Assembly (NCBI GenBank): GCA_020435205.1
Contig: JAGQZY010000001.1
Span: 58,229-122,228 of the forward strand
Length of the DNA stretch: 64,000 nt
Source: Bdellovibrionales bacterium
GTDB taxonomy: Bacteria > Bdellovibrionota > Bdellovibrionia > Bdellovibrionales > JAGQZY01
Direction: 5' to 3'
Shown: piece by piece, positions 1-8,643 of the stretch
Position numbering within the stretch: the first letter of the stretch is position 1
Layout of the letters: the number at the start of each line of letters is the position of its first letter
Notes under the pieces: model-generated
Told to the model about the DNA's origin: nothing
The model's input: the letters and a program-made list of their open reading frames with translations, nothing else
Database searches by the model: none
Translations under genes and position numbers: made by a program

Positions 1-1267
1 AGAACTGCCAATTGTCTTCCTTCAATTTGTATTGCTGTTGCATTTGCTCGTGAATTTCTTCGCCACGAGTCTTTAAAAACTTTCCTTCAGCACTACTATC
101 AGTAAAGCCAGCAAATAACGTGTCACCCGTGATGCCTTGAGTAGTACGAAGTCTTTCCATCTCCTCTTTAGAGGGGAGGGCTGAGTGATTGCCTTGCTCA
201 GCTTCCATCTCAAGGCCCCAACCTTTTAGGGTATGAACAATGACAATGCTTGGGCGCCGTTGATCTTTTTTTGACTCTAAAAAAGCTTCCTGAAGTTTTT
301 CATAATCATGGCCACCAAAATCGCGAAGCCCTTCAAAGAGTTCTTTTTCAGAAATGCTGTTCACAAAAGTTTTTAAATTTGTGTGCTTTTGTAAAAAGTG
401 CTTTTTGAGCTCTTTAGGTTCTTTAATAAGTAGCAAAGCTTGTAACTCATAGTCGGCGAGATCATCTTCGAGTAACTTTTTAAAAGAATCCCCACCCTTC
501 TTTTTAAAGAGGGCATCCCTTTTTTTGCCGTGGCGAACTTGAATCACCTGCCAACCATTAGCTGCCATGGTCTTTTCAATACGTTCGTTGTCGGTTCCAC
601 CCATAATGTCTTTATTGGTAATGCGGTGGCCGTCGAGGCTTTGGCGGTTGTAATCGAGGATCCAAGTCAGGTTACCAATTTCACGTTCAGCAAAATCAGG
701 GGTGGCTTCAAATAAGGAGCCTTCGCGGAATTCTGAATCACCAAGTACACACCAAAAGTGGGCGTCAGGAACCTTGTAACCATGTTTTTTAGCAAAGCGA
801 TACGCAAGAGCCAAGTATCCCGCGTTTACAGGCGGGATGCCGACGGTCCCCGATGGAAAAAAGTTGTGGTGATCGGGATCATAAATGGAATGATAACTTT
901 GAAAACCGTGGGGGAACTCTTCATTAGCAAAAGCACGCAGACGGAGCATGGCTTTATCTTTTTCAATCTGAGTCAGCTTGCGTCCATCGGAATCGAAGAG
1001 AAGATCGAGTAAATAATTGAAAGAGTGATCAGCAGGGGAGGCATGGGGTTTGTTGGCAATATGGTCAAATCCCGTTTTCACCAGCAAGTGTAAGGTTCCA
1101 AGAATATGGAGGGCTGAGCTCGAGGCTGAAGAGTGTCCACCCACTTTTGGATCCCCTTTGGCTTTGTCCTTGCGTACATTGGCCTGAAAAATCATCTGGT
1201 TGGCCAGGTAATGGGCGCGAGAAAAGATATTGTTGAGAACCTCGGGTTTGACCGCTGCTTTTGCCAT
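1..1267 (-). CDS. aceE: 2-oxoacid (pyruvate) dehydrogenase E1 component, homodimeric AceE/transketolase-like type. N-terminal ~422 aa only; the gene runs off the window at position 1.
   Basis: My own minus-strand translation from ATG 1267 (SD GAGGTG 4 nt upstream) gives MAKAAVKPEVLNNIFSRAHYLANQMIF... The frame stays open to position 1. It is absent from the ORF track because there is no stop inside the window. The TPP-region motif LGDSEFREGSLFEA...NLTWILDYNRQSLDG resembles AceE GDGEMDEPES...NLxFVINCNLQRLDG. Confidence 0.65.
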   Translation of the reverse strand, partial: MAKAAVKPEVLNNIFSRAHYLANQMIFQANVRKDKAKGDPKVGGHSSASSSALHILGTLHLLVKTGFDHIANKPHASPADHSFNYLLDLLFDSDGRKLTQIEKDKAMLRLRAFANEEFPHGFQSYHSIYDPDHHNFFPSGTVGIPPVNAGYLALAYRFAKKHGYKVPDAHFWCVLGDSEFREGSLFEATPDFAEREIGNLTWILDYNRQSLDGHRITNKDIMGGTDNERIEKTMAANGWQVIQVRHGKKRDALFKKKGGDSFKKLLEDDLADYELQALLLIKEPKELKKHFLQKHTNLKTFVNSISEKELFEGLRDFGGHDYEKLQEAFLESKKDQRRPSIVIVHTLKGWGLEMEAEQGNHSALPSKEEMERLRTTQGITGDTLFAGFTDSSAEGKFLKTRGEEIHEQMQQQYKLKEDNWQF

Positions 1268-1350
1268 AGTTCACCTCTTTAGAATTGCGCGGATTTTAGT
1301 AACAAATAAGGGGCGATGTGAAGCCTTTTTTCAACTCTGGAGACCATTTC

Positions 1351-2202
1351 TTACGTCTCCAGTACAAAATCCCAATCGATCTGTATATTGCCGTTATTAT
1401 TCACAATTCCAGCAGGGGGATTGGGGAAGGGGGCCGCAGCCCGGAAGGCTTCTATCGCTGCATCATCCAGGTCATTATAACCAGAGGCATTCTTGACCTG
1501 CACCCGCACCAGTTCACCACTTTGATCCAAAGTGATCACCAGCCGAGTGATTTTGGCGTTGGTGCTGGCAATGGTCCTTCCTTTGCGGAGAATATGCACA
1601 ATTTTTTCTTTAATTCTTGGTTCCCAATGCTGACGTAACTTATTCTTGATGCGATTATAATAAGAGTAATAAACAAACTCGCGCGTTTTCAATAAAGTCT
1701 CTGCACCAATGACGACATCTTTAAGGTAATCGTCGTTTTGACTCACATCACCTCCGCTAGGGCGTGGCGAATCTGGATTGGGGGCTAGCTTTTCAGCGCT
1801 GAAATCATCGTTGATCATTTTTGGCTTCAAATCATTTAAAGAGAACTTTTTCTTAGGCGGCTTGGTTGGGTTTGGTTTTTGCTTCATCCCTTGATTGGTA
1901 TTGGAGGTGTTTTTGAAGGCCCCAGTTTTTGCTGCACGAGTCTCTTTTAATACATTTTGATCAAACTGACTGAGTTTATATTCATCCACAGGAACTTCGT
2001 CATTAACGGTTTTGTCTTGCTGAACAACCTGTCGCATTTCTGTGGGAGAAGGCAAATCTTTTACATCCACCCATTCGATTTCCACGACGGGATCTTGGTG
2101 TGTGAGTTGGAATTTTTTGTGCACAATTAAAAATGCAAATAACCCCAAATGCAGGAGTAGAGAGATAATAAAAGGCCAACTGCGGATCTTCCTTGTTTCC
2201 AT
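1351..2202 (-). CDS. TonB-family energy transducer-like protein (N-terminal TM helix, Pro/Lys-rich linker, TonB C-terminal domain)
   Basis: ORF 1351..2208; an ATG lies at 2202. It has a TM helix WPFIISLLLHLGLFAFLIV, a linker KPNPTKPPKKK, and a C-terminal part ...GELVRVQVKNASGYNDLDDAAIEAFRAAAPFPNPP typical of the TonB_C fold. Confidence 0.65.
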   Translation of the reverse strand: METRKIRSWPFIISLLLHLGLFAFLIVHKKFQLTHQDPVVEIEWVDVKDLPSPTEMRQVVQQDKTVNDEVPVDEYKLSQFDQNVLKETRAAKTGAFKNTSNTNQGMKQKPNPTKPPKKKFSLNDLKPKMINDDFSAEKLAPNPDSPRPSGGDVSQNDDYLKDVVIGAETLLKTREFVYYSYYNRIKNKLRQHWEPRIKEKIVHILRKGRTIASTNAKITRLVITLDQSGELVRVQVKNASGYNDLDDAAIEAFRAAAPFPNPPAGIVNNNGNIQIDWDFVLET

Positions 2203-2291
2203 CAACAACCTATCGGTTGATAGCCCAGTATTATTAAGGCTTAGAGAAAAATTCTTTGGATTTTCCTCTGGACTTTCGTAAACTTACAGGG

Positions 2292-3023
2292 ATGACCATT
2301 AGAGCCTATGGAGAGACCGACGTCGGTCTTAAAAGAGAGAAAAACGAAGATGCGATCCTGTTGGAGCCAGAAATGGATCTCTTTGTTGTGGCTGATGGTA
2401 TGGGTGGACATAAGGGTGGAGATTTAGCCTCCAAAATGGCGATTGCCTCGGTTAAAGAAGTGGTGGAGACCCATCGCACCGAACACACCTTTCTCTCGCC
2501 ACGGGCTATGATTGAAGAATGTTATGTCGAGGCCAGTCGTCGAATTTTTGAGGCCAGCCAGATGGAAGACCACTACCTTCAAGGTATGGGCACGACCATG
2601 GTCGTGTCCTATGTTCATCAAGGGGATATCTTTATTGGCAATGTGGGTGATTCGAGGGCCTACCTTTTGAATGAAAAATACATGTGGCAAATCACGGAAG
2701 ACCACTCCCTGCTGAATGAGCATATCAAGGCGGGGTTGATTCGCGATGCAGACGCTAAAGACTTCCAGGCAAAAAACATTATAACGCGAAGCGTAGGATT
2801 TGAACGAGAGGTCCGCTGCGATATTTTTCAAAGAAAGATCCAGCCCGGCGACCAATACCTTATTTGTTCTGATGGCTTATCAGGACTGGTGTCTGATGAG
2901 CGCATCCATGAAATTTGTACACTGAACGATATTGAAAACTCTGTGAAAATCCTTATCCAAGAAGCTAAGAAAAATGGTGGGGACGATAATATTACTGTCC
3001 TCATCATTGAGGTTGTTGATTGA
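2292..3023 (+). CDS. PP2C-family Ser/Thr protein phosphatase
   Basis: Start ATG 2292 (MTIRAYGETDVGLKREKNEDA). PP2C motifs are present: FVVADGMGGHKGGDLAS, GDSRAY, SDGL, GGDDNITV. Confidence 0.85.
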   Translation: MTIRAYGETDVGLKREKNEDAILLEPEMDLFVVADGMGGHKGGDLASKMAIASVKEVVETHRTEHTFLSPRAMIEECYVEASRRIFEASQMEDHYLQGMGTTMVVSYVHQGDIFIGNVGDSRAYLLNEKYMWQITEDHSLLNEHIKAGLIRDADAKDFQAKNIITRSVGFEREVRCDIFQRKIQPGDQYLICSDGLSGLVSDERIHEICTLNDIENSVKILIQEAKKNGGDDNITVLIIEVVD

Positions 3024-3074
3024 CGCTGATGGGCGTCATCGTTATAAAATAGCTCTCTCATCATCGGAGCTAAT

Positions 3075-4058
3075 GTGAAGAAAACCTTTACCTTTTTGGT
3101 TCTTTCCAACACCAAACACTCATCAAAAAAGTTCGTGTTTTCCCAGGTTCAGTTGGTCACCGCGGCTATTATATTGAGTTGCTTTGCTTTGGTTGGAATG
3201 GCTGTGGTGTTTGATTACTCTTACCTACTATATAAGGACCACAAAGAAGAGTGGCTACAGGTTGAAAACCAGAAGCTTAAAGACCACCTTGGGCAAATGG
3301 AAGAAAAGTTGAATATCTTAGAAAACGCCTTCCAGCGAGTGGAGCTGTTTTCTAGAAAACTTCGTACGATCACCCAAGTGGATAACCCGGATCGCGAACT
3401 GCAATTGGCCATCGGTCCTGGCGCCCAAATGCAGAAAATCCCACAGTTTAAAGCAGCCCGTGATGCAGCCAGTGTTGATAAACTCGATGAGTTGAACCGA
3501 GTCGAAGAGGATCAAGAAAGTGGCGAGCTTGCCGTCATGGGGATGCGTGATTACGAATCCTTGAGCGTTCGTTTTGACCGGGTCATCGATGAAAGTAAAT
3601 TGCGTGAACAGAACTTACTTGAGCTCTGGCAAAACCTCTCTGACCGGATTGGTCTTTTGAGCGCCACCCCCAGTGTGCAGCCCGTAAGTGGTTGGGTCAC
3701 ATCAGGCTTTGGCTATCGCCGCTCACCTTTTAGCCGTTCTTCTAAAATGCACCATGGGATTGATATCGCCGCTAATTTTGGTTCCAAGGTCCATGCCCCA
3801 GCTGATGGTATTGTCAGTTATGTTGGCTACGATGGTGGCTACGGTAAACTGGTTTCTATTGATCACGGTTACGGCGTAGTCACCCGTTATGGTCACAATG
3901 CACGTATTCACGTAAAGCTTGGTCAAAAAATCAAGCGCGGAGATATTATCTCTGAGGTGGGTAATACCGGTCGGTCCACGGGGCCTCATTTGCACTATGA
4001 AGTTCGAGTCAACGGTATCCCCGTTGACCCACACAAATACATCCTCGACAGAGAATAA
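3075..4058 (+). CDS. M23/LytM-family murein endopeptidase with N-terminal TM helix and coiled coil
   Basis: GTG start with GGAG 5 nt upstream. LytM motifs are present: HHGIDIAANFGSKVHAPADG ... SIDHGYGVVTRYGH ... GNTGRSTGPHLHYEV. Confidence 0.85.
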   Translation: MKKTFTFLVLSNTKHSSKKFVFSQVQLVTAAIILSCFALVGMAVVFDYSYLLYKDHKEEWLQVENQKLKDHLGQMEEKLNILENAFQRVELFSRKLRTITQVDNPDRELQLAIGPGAQMQKIPQFKAARDAASVDKLDELNRVEEDQESGELAVMGMRDYESLSVRFDRVIDESKLREQNLLELWQNLSDRIGLLSATPSVQPVSGWVTSGFGYRRSPFSRSSKMHHGIDIAANFGSKVHAPADGIVSYVGYDGGYGKLVSIDHGYGVVTRYGHNARIHVKLGQKIKRGDIISEVGNTGRSTGPHLHYEVRVNGIPVDPHKYILDRE

Positions 4059-4061
4059 GAT

Positions 4062-4406
4062 TTATTTACAGGTATCGACCGACTTGTCGTAACAGCCAGA
4101 ATAGTTAGGATAGCTTTGGCGACAGGCGCTATTCACATTAAGCACACAGCTGGGAAACTCTTCGCCAGTGTTGGCTTTACACTCGTTCACAGTTTTATCA
4201 AAACAACCCGAGTAGTTAGGATAGTTTATTTGGCAAACTTGGCTGACAGCATCGATACATGTAGAGAAAACATTGGCGGTCATGCTGCAGGTGACTGTGG
4301 TTTTGGTATTGGCTTTAACAACAATGCTGTCGCCACTTTCCAGGTTAATGTCGGCTGCAAGGCCGTTCAGACTCAAAAGAATGGTTAAGATAAAAACTCG
4401 AATCAT
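4062..4406 (-). CDS. Small secreted Cys-rich protein (114 aa) with an internal 2 x ~30-aa duplication
   Basis: Signal peptide MIRVFILTILLSLNGLAA. The repeats are CIDAVSQVCQINYPNYSGCFDKTVNECK and CVLNVNSACRQSYPNYSGCYDKSVDTCK. I do not recognise a family. Confidence 0.55.
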   Translation of the reverse strand: MIRVFILTILLSLNGLAADINLESGDSIVVKANTKTTVTCSMTANVFSTCIDAVSQVCQINYPNYSGCFDKTVNECKANTGEEFPSCVLNVNSACRQSYPNYSGCYDKSVDTCK

Positions 4407-4487
4407 TTGTCCCCCCTTGTTGATTCGCTATGTTTCTAGCAAAAAGTGAGGAGGATTCGAAGGGAATTTCAAAAATGGTGCAAATAT

Positions 4488-4518
4488 AAAAAAAGCCCAG
4501 GCATTGCCTGAGCTTTTT
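4488..4518. terminator. Intrinsic terminator hairpin downstream of rpsI (A-run/T-run flanked, potentially bidirectional)
   Basis: GCCCAGGC-att-GCCTGAGC stem (8 bp including one G-U pair) at 4495..4513, flanked by A7 (4488-4494) and T5 (4514-4518). Confidence 0.7.
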
Positions 4519-4546
4519 GAATACTAGCCGATGAGATGGCTTGAAA

Positions 4547-4942
4547 TTAACGTTTAGAGAACTGAGAAGCTCTACGAGCGCCTTTAAGACCGTATTTCTT
4601 ACGTTCCACCATTCTTGAGTCACGAGTGAGAAGACCAGCCTTCTTTAAGGTATCGCGAAGAGTTTCATCGTACTGGGTAAGAGCACGAGAAATACCATGG
4701 CGAATAGCGCCAGCCTGTCCAGATTCACCGCCACCTTTTACAGTGATCTTAAGGTCCACTTTATTGGATTGTGAAGTGATCTGAAGAGGAAAGACAAGAT
4801 GAGCTTTTGAAGAGGCTCTCTTCATGTATTGTTCCATCTCTTTACCATTGATGGTAATTTTGCCAGTCCCTGTAGACATAAAAACTCGAGCCGAGCTGGT
4901 TTTTCTTCTTCCTGTTGCGTAAAAAATCTTTTCAGCAGCCAT
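4547..4942 (-). CDS. rpsI: 30S ribosomal protein S9
   Basis: 131 aa, ending in ...[29 protein letters not shown], the classic S9 C-terminus. Confidence 0.97.
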   Translation of the reverse strand: MAAEKIFYATGRRKTSSARVFMSTGTGKITINGKEMEQYMKRASSKAHLVFPLQITSQSNKVDLKITVKGGGESGQAGAIRHGISRALTQYDETLRDTLKKAGLLTRDSRMVERKKYGLKGARRASQFSKR

Positions 4943-4957
4943 TAATACTCCTCCCTC

Positions 4958-5389
4958 TTACTGTAAAATCTGAGGGTTTTGGGCTTGGTGAGGATGTTCT
5001 CCACCAGCGTATAATTTTAACTTCTTAATCATTTTGCGACCGAGCTTCGTTTTAGGAAGCATGCCTTGAACCGCATCTTCAAGAATAAATGTTGGATTTT
5101 TAATCAACATTTCTTGAGCGGTGGTTTCTTTTAAAGAACCAAAGAAACGAGAGCGACGGAAATACTTTTTATCCAACCACTTGTTCCCAGAAAGAGTGAC
5201 TTTATCAGCGTTGATGATAACCACCATGTCGCCAGTATCCACATGAGGAGTGTAGGTGGGTTTGTTTTTACCGCTTAAAATCATAGCCACTTGTGTGGCT
5301 AGACGGCCCACACTTTTACCGGTGGCATCGATGACAAACCAATTGCGTTTACTTTCAAAATCTTCGCCTTTTGCATTCCAAGTTTTCAT
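4958..5389 (-). CDS. rplM: 50S ribosomal protein L13
   Basis: MKTWNAKGEDFESKRNWFVIDATGKSVGRLATQVAMILSGKNKPTYTPHVDTGD. The start is placed at internal ATG 5389 (M18 of ORF 4958..5440). Confidence 0.95.
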   Translation of the reverse strand: MKTWNAKGEDFESKRNWFVIDATGKSVGRLATQVAMILSGKNKPTYTPHVDTGDMVVIINADKVTLSGNKWLDKKYFRRSRFFGSLKETTAQEMLIKNPTFILEDAVQGMLPKTKLGRKMIKKLKLYAGGEHPHQAQNPQILQ

Positions 5390-5424
5390 TGCTTCAACCT
5401 TGCTAAATTTAAGAATGAAAACAC

Positions 5425-6210
5425 TTATAATTTTCGGCACTTAATGTCAAGGCTCTGGGGATAGCGAACCGAGGCTAAAAATAGCCCCTGTGGCGGCGCT
5501 GGCGGGCCAGCTTCTGATCGGTCCTCGGCCCTGAGGAGCTGGGAAATGGCCTGTGGCGGCAGCCCCTTTTCGTGGTACCACATGAGAGTTCCTACAATAT
5601 TTCTCACCATTTGCTTCAGAAAGCCATTACCTCGGATATGGAAGTCCACAAAACCGCTATCTCGAGGCACCCAGCGGCAAAGATTGAGGCGGCGGCGCGT
5701 GGAGGACACCGTGGTCCCCTGGGATTGAAAACTGGAAAAGTCATGCTCGCCCAAGAGAAGCTCTGACGCCTCCTGTAAAAATTTCAGGTTTAGCTCGTCC
5801 CGAAAGTGCCAGCTATAGCGGAGAAGGAAAGGGTTTGCCCGCTCACGGCAAAACATTCGATAGACATAGCGCTTTTCCACAGCCGAAATTTGGGCGTGAA
5901 AATCCGAGGGAGCCAATTCCACTTTTTTAATACTGATGGAGGCTGGGGTGAGCCGGTTGAGACTGTAGTGGAGATTCTTCAGGCGCTTGTCGTTAGGCAA
6001 GTCGGCGTGGGCCCACTGGTTAATAGCATGGACTCCGCGGTCGGTGCGGCCAGAGCCGACCACCTTCACTTCTTGATCAAAGATTTTGGAAAGCCTTTCT
6101 TCAAGGACGCCCTGAACCGTGTGGGAATGTTTGGGCTGTTTTTGCCAACCAAAGAAATCAGTTCCATCATAGCAAAGGCAAAAACGGACCCTTTGCAGCT
6201 TAGAAGCCAA
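5425..6210 (-). CDS. truA: tRNA pseudouridine(38-40) synthase TruA
   Basis: RFCLCYDGTDFFGWQKQ...GSGRTDRGVHA (catalytic Asp motif). The TTG start at 6210 overlaps the stop of the upstream barrel gene. Confidence 0.9.
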   Translation of the reverse strand: MASKLQRVRFCLCYDGTDFFGWQKQPKHSHTVQGVLEERLSKIFDQEVKVVGSGRTDRGVHAINQWAHADLPNDKRLKNLHYSLNRLTPASISIKKVELAPSDFHAQISAVEKRYVYRMFCRERANPFLLRYSWHFRDELNLKFLQEASELLLGEHDFSSFQSQGTTVSSTRRRLNLCRWVPRDSGFVDFHIRGNGFLKQMVRNIVGTLMWYHEKGLPPQAISQLLRAEDRSEAGPPAPPQGLFLASVRYPQSLDIKCRKL

Positions 6211-7216
6211 CAGCGAATCCCCCAGTGATCATGTTGGAGGTAAAATCCTTGCGTTCATCCAGACCCACCACTTGGCGGAACTGAAGGTCCAGCCAAGTTT
6301 CTGTGATTCCATACTCAGAGTAAAGAGCTGTTCCATAGCTAAAGTAAGACAGGGAAATCAAAAGGCCAGCCGAAGCCACTAAAACCGGGGCACCACCAAA
6401 ATGATTGGAACCACCATCACTTCGGCGCTCCCAAAAAGTATAGTAGCCAGCGCCACCATCCACATAAGGAACAAAAAGTTGTCCCGGACTAAAACCAAAT
6501 TTATAAGTCACAGTGGCTGTGTTGGGGAAAACCAAGAATTGAAAGGTCTCTTTGGGCTGAATGCCAGGGTTAGATCCCCCAGAGAACTCCCCGTTTCCGT
6601 CACTAAAAAAGAGTCCCGACCCCACTTTAAATAAGAAGTTCCCAAGGAAATCAAAAAGCTTCCATTCATAATCGACATTAAGAATGAAACTCGCCTTGTC
6701 GCCATAGACTTGGGAAAAACCCTTGCTCGGCCCTTGGATATCAGGGGGGCCGTAGACACCGCCACGAAAAGAAAACACAGAGTCCGAGGGTAAAACGGCA
6801 GCATTGTAAATATAGCGGCCATCGGCAGTGACCTTTTGTGGTTTCTCCATAACATCACTGGGAGGATCGATTTTGGACTCTTTAGAGTAGTAATAGGTGC
6901 CGTCGTCATCAAGGTCTTCTGGTTTTTCGATGTCACCCGGAGTTTTGTCAGTGACCTTTTCTCCATCACCGTAATAGTAGATCCCGTCGTCGGAGACCCT
7001 CTGAGGTTGTTCGACACCTTCGATATTTATCGCTGTAGGCTTTTTACTTTTGGTATTGTAAATATAGGTTCCGTTTTTATGCACTTGTGCTGGGGCTTCG
7101 CTGAGTGGGTCTTCCTGTGTCGATGTTGAGGGATAGGGGTACTCGGCAGGGGGGGCCTCTTCTGCAAAGGCACAAAATGAATAGAGAAGACAAAGAAGGG
7201 AAAGTAATTTTATCAT
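6200..7216 (-). CDS. Predicted outer-membrane beta-barrel protein (338 aa) with N-terminal EKPxxVxxDGxYYY repeats; partner of the upstream CFI-box protein
   Basis: Start ATG 7216 with SD GGAGGAAGG. Signal peptide MIKLLSLLCLLYSFCAFA. The C-terminal half has alternating hydrophobic strands and ends ...ITGGFAVGF (terminal aromatic beta-signal). An ATGA overlap links it to the stop of 7213..8625. Confidence 0.6.
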   Translation of the reverse strand: MIKLLSLLCLLYSFCAFAEEAPPAEYPYPSTSTQEDPLSEAPAQVHKNGTYIYNTKSKKPTAINIEGVEQPQRVSDDGIYYYGDGEKVTDKTPGDIEKPEDLDDDGTYYYSKESKIDPPSDVMEKPQKVTADGRYIYNAAVLPSDSVFSFRGGVYGPPDIQGPSKGFSQVYGDKASFILNVDYEWKLFDFLGNFLFKVGSGLFFSDGNGEFSGGSNPGIQPKETFQFLVFPNTATVTYKFGFSPGQLFVPYVDGGAGYYTFWERRSDGGSNHFGGAPVLVASAGLLISLSYFSYGTALYSEYGITETWLDLQFRQVVGLDERKDFTSNMITGGFAVGF

Positions 7217-8625
7217 ACCTTCCTCCCGCGAGCTCTCCACACAAAAAATCCTATACCCAAAAGAATGAAAATAAAGGCCAAATGACTGGTGAAGTGCAAG
7301 GCCAACCCAGCGGCGGCCCAAAGTGGCCACAGCACAACTCGAAACACAGCCTTGCTCTTCGGGTGATTGCGGATCCATTTGGCGATAGGAGGGCTCACGG
7401 TATAATAGGTTTGGATCAACAAGCGGCCAAGGCTAGAGCGCTTTAGGATGCGGTTGCGAAATTTACGGAAAGTTTTTACTTTGGGGCGGAAGGGAGTTCC
7501 ATAGGTGGCGGTTGTAATAAAGCAGTCAAACTCTTCTTCAAGCAAGCCGACCACTTTAGAGGGGCTCGCGATGTGGCAGTTCTGTTGCCAAGCATCGGTA
7601 CTCGTGGTGTCAAAGCACTCTGTGTTCAGGCTAGCCACAGTGTTAGAAATGGAAGTGAAATAGCCAACGTTACCGGCCTCATCAATACTGGCCATGCGAA
7701 ACCAATACTCACTGCCGTTGTTAAGACCCTCGATAGTGTTATCACTCAAACCCAAAGTTTGAAATCCAGTACTTGAGTTTGAGGACACTTTAAAATCTTT
7801 TGACGAAGCCGTTTGTGTATTAGGGAGGGTGCGTTCTGCATAATAAATACGTATAGAAGAAAAATCGACATCACTACTAGTAATGCCAGGGAAGCTCGAA
7901 GGAGCTTTGACGTCCTCAATAAAAACTTTGCCGTCGCCCGGGTAAGCAATAAAGTTGCAAGCCGATAATCCTGAGTAGCTGACGGTGCTTTCACAAAAGG
8001 TGGCCGGGGAGGCGCCACTGTTGATGACAGAAAGCCCTAACTCAATTTGGGTGCTATAGTCATCGATGGTGTCGTCACTATCGGTAGAGGAATCAAAACC
8101 CACCCGAATTCTTTTGGTGCTGGCGGCTGAAGAGCTACAACTGCTCACTCCTAAAACATCATTACAAAGGGTACTCCAGGGAATATAAACAGTGACGGGG
8201 GAGTTGACCTTGGTCGTCTTATTATTTTCAGGGGCGTCACTGCCACTACCATTGCCGGTGGGTGACATGGAGATATCGTCCAACCGGGTTGGGTTCGTGT
8301 CGTCGATGGTGATCAGGGGGGTTCCATAAACAGTGGAAGACTCAAAAGTGATTTTTAATCTTAAGTTTGGATAAATGCTTCGCGAGTTACAAGCCTCGCC
8401 GTCTCCAGCCACCTCACAGGTATCACAAGGGTTGGCAAGATCCGTTGAACTACAGTCAAGACCGCTGACCCTGCCGCCATAAACTTTGGTTACTGTTTGC
8501 GAGTTATCGGTACAAAGTTTACCTGTACAGGTAGAGAACCCACCAATTTGGGTGATTTTAATTTCAGCCAAAGCCTGCGATGAGAACAGTAGAATAATTA
8601 GGCAATAAAAGTGTCTAAGCCCCAT
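7213..8625 (-). CDS. Secreted adhesin-like protein (Cys-rich N-domain, Ser/Thr/Asp-rich region, FN3-like segment) ending in a CFI-box module plus C-terminal TM helix and basic tail
   Basis: Signal peptide MGLRHFYCLIILLFSSQALA. FN3-like segment GSEYWFRMASIDEAGNVGYF. CFI-box module CFITTATYGTPFRPKVKTFRKFRNRIL...GRLLIQTYYTVSPPIAKWI. TM helix and tail LAFIFILLGIGFFVWRARGRKV. Confidence 0.65.
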   Translation of the reverse strand: MGLRHFYCLIILLFSSQALAEIKITQIGGFSTCTGKLCTDNSQTVTKVYGGRVSGLDCSSTDLANPCDTCEVAGDGEACNSRSIYPNLRLKITFESSTVYGTPLITIDDTNPTRLDDISMSPTGNGSGSDAPENNKTTKVNSPVTVYIPWSTLCNDVLGVSSCSSSAASTKRIRVGFDSSTDSDDTIDDYSTQIELGLSVINSGASPATFCESTVSYSGLSACNFIAYPGDGKVFIEDVKAPSSFPGITSSDVDFSSIRIYYAERTLPNTQTASSKDFKVSSNSSTGFQTLGLSDNTIEGLNNGSEYWFRMASIDEAGNVGYFTSISNTVASLNTECFDTTSTDAWQQNCHIASPSKVVGLLEEEFDCFITTATYGTPFRPKVKTFRKFRNRILKRSSLGRLLIQTYYTVSPPIAKWIRNHPKSKAVFRVVLWPLWAAAGLALHFTSHLAFIFILLGIGFFVWRARGRKV

Positions 8626-8643
8626 GGGAAAAGCTTGTCACGT

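Noticed and set aside
1336-1361. Hairpin CTGGAGAC-n9-GTCTCCAG overlapping the stop of the TonB-like gene, as a possible terminator
   Set aside because: On the transcribed (minus) strand it is followed by AGTTGAAAAAAGG rather than a U-run. It may be a weak or Rho-dependent element, but the support is not enough to call it.
7217-7378. 5' extension of ORF 6200..7378 (MDPQSPEEQGCVSS...) overlapping the upstream CFI-box gene by 166 nt
   Set aside because: Internal ATG 7216 has a strong SD (GGAGGAAGG) and is followed directly by a canonical signal peptide. The extension is just the alternative frame of the upstream gene's 3' end.
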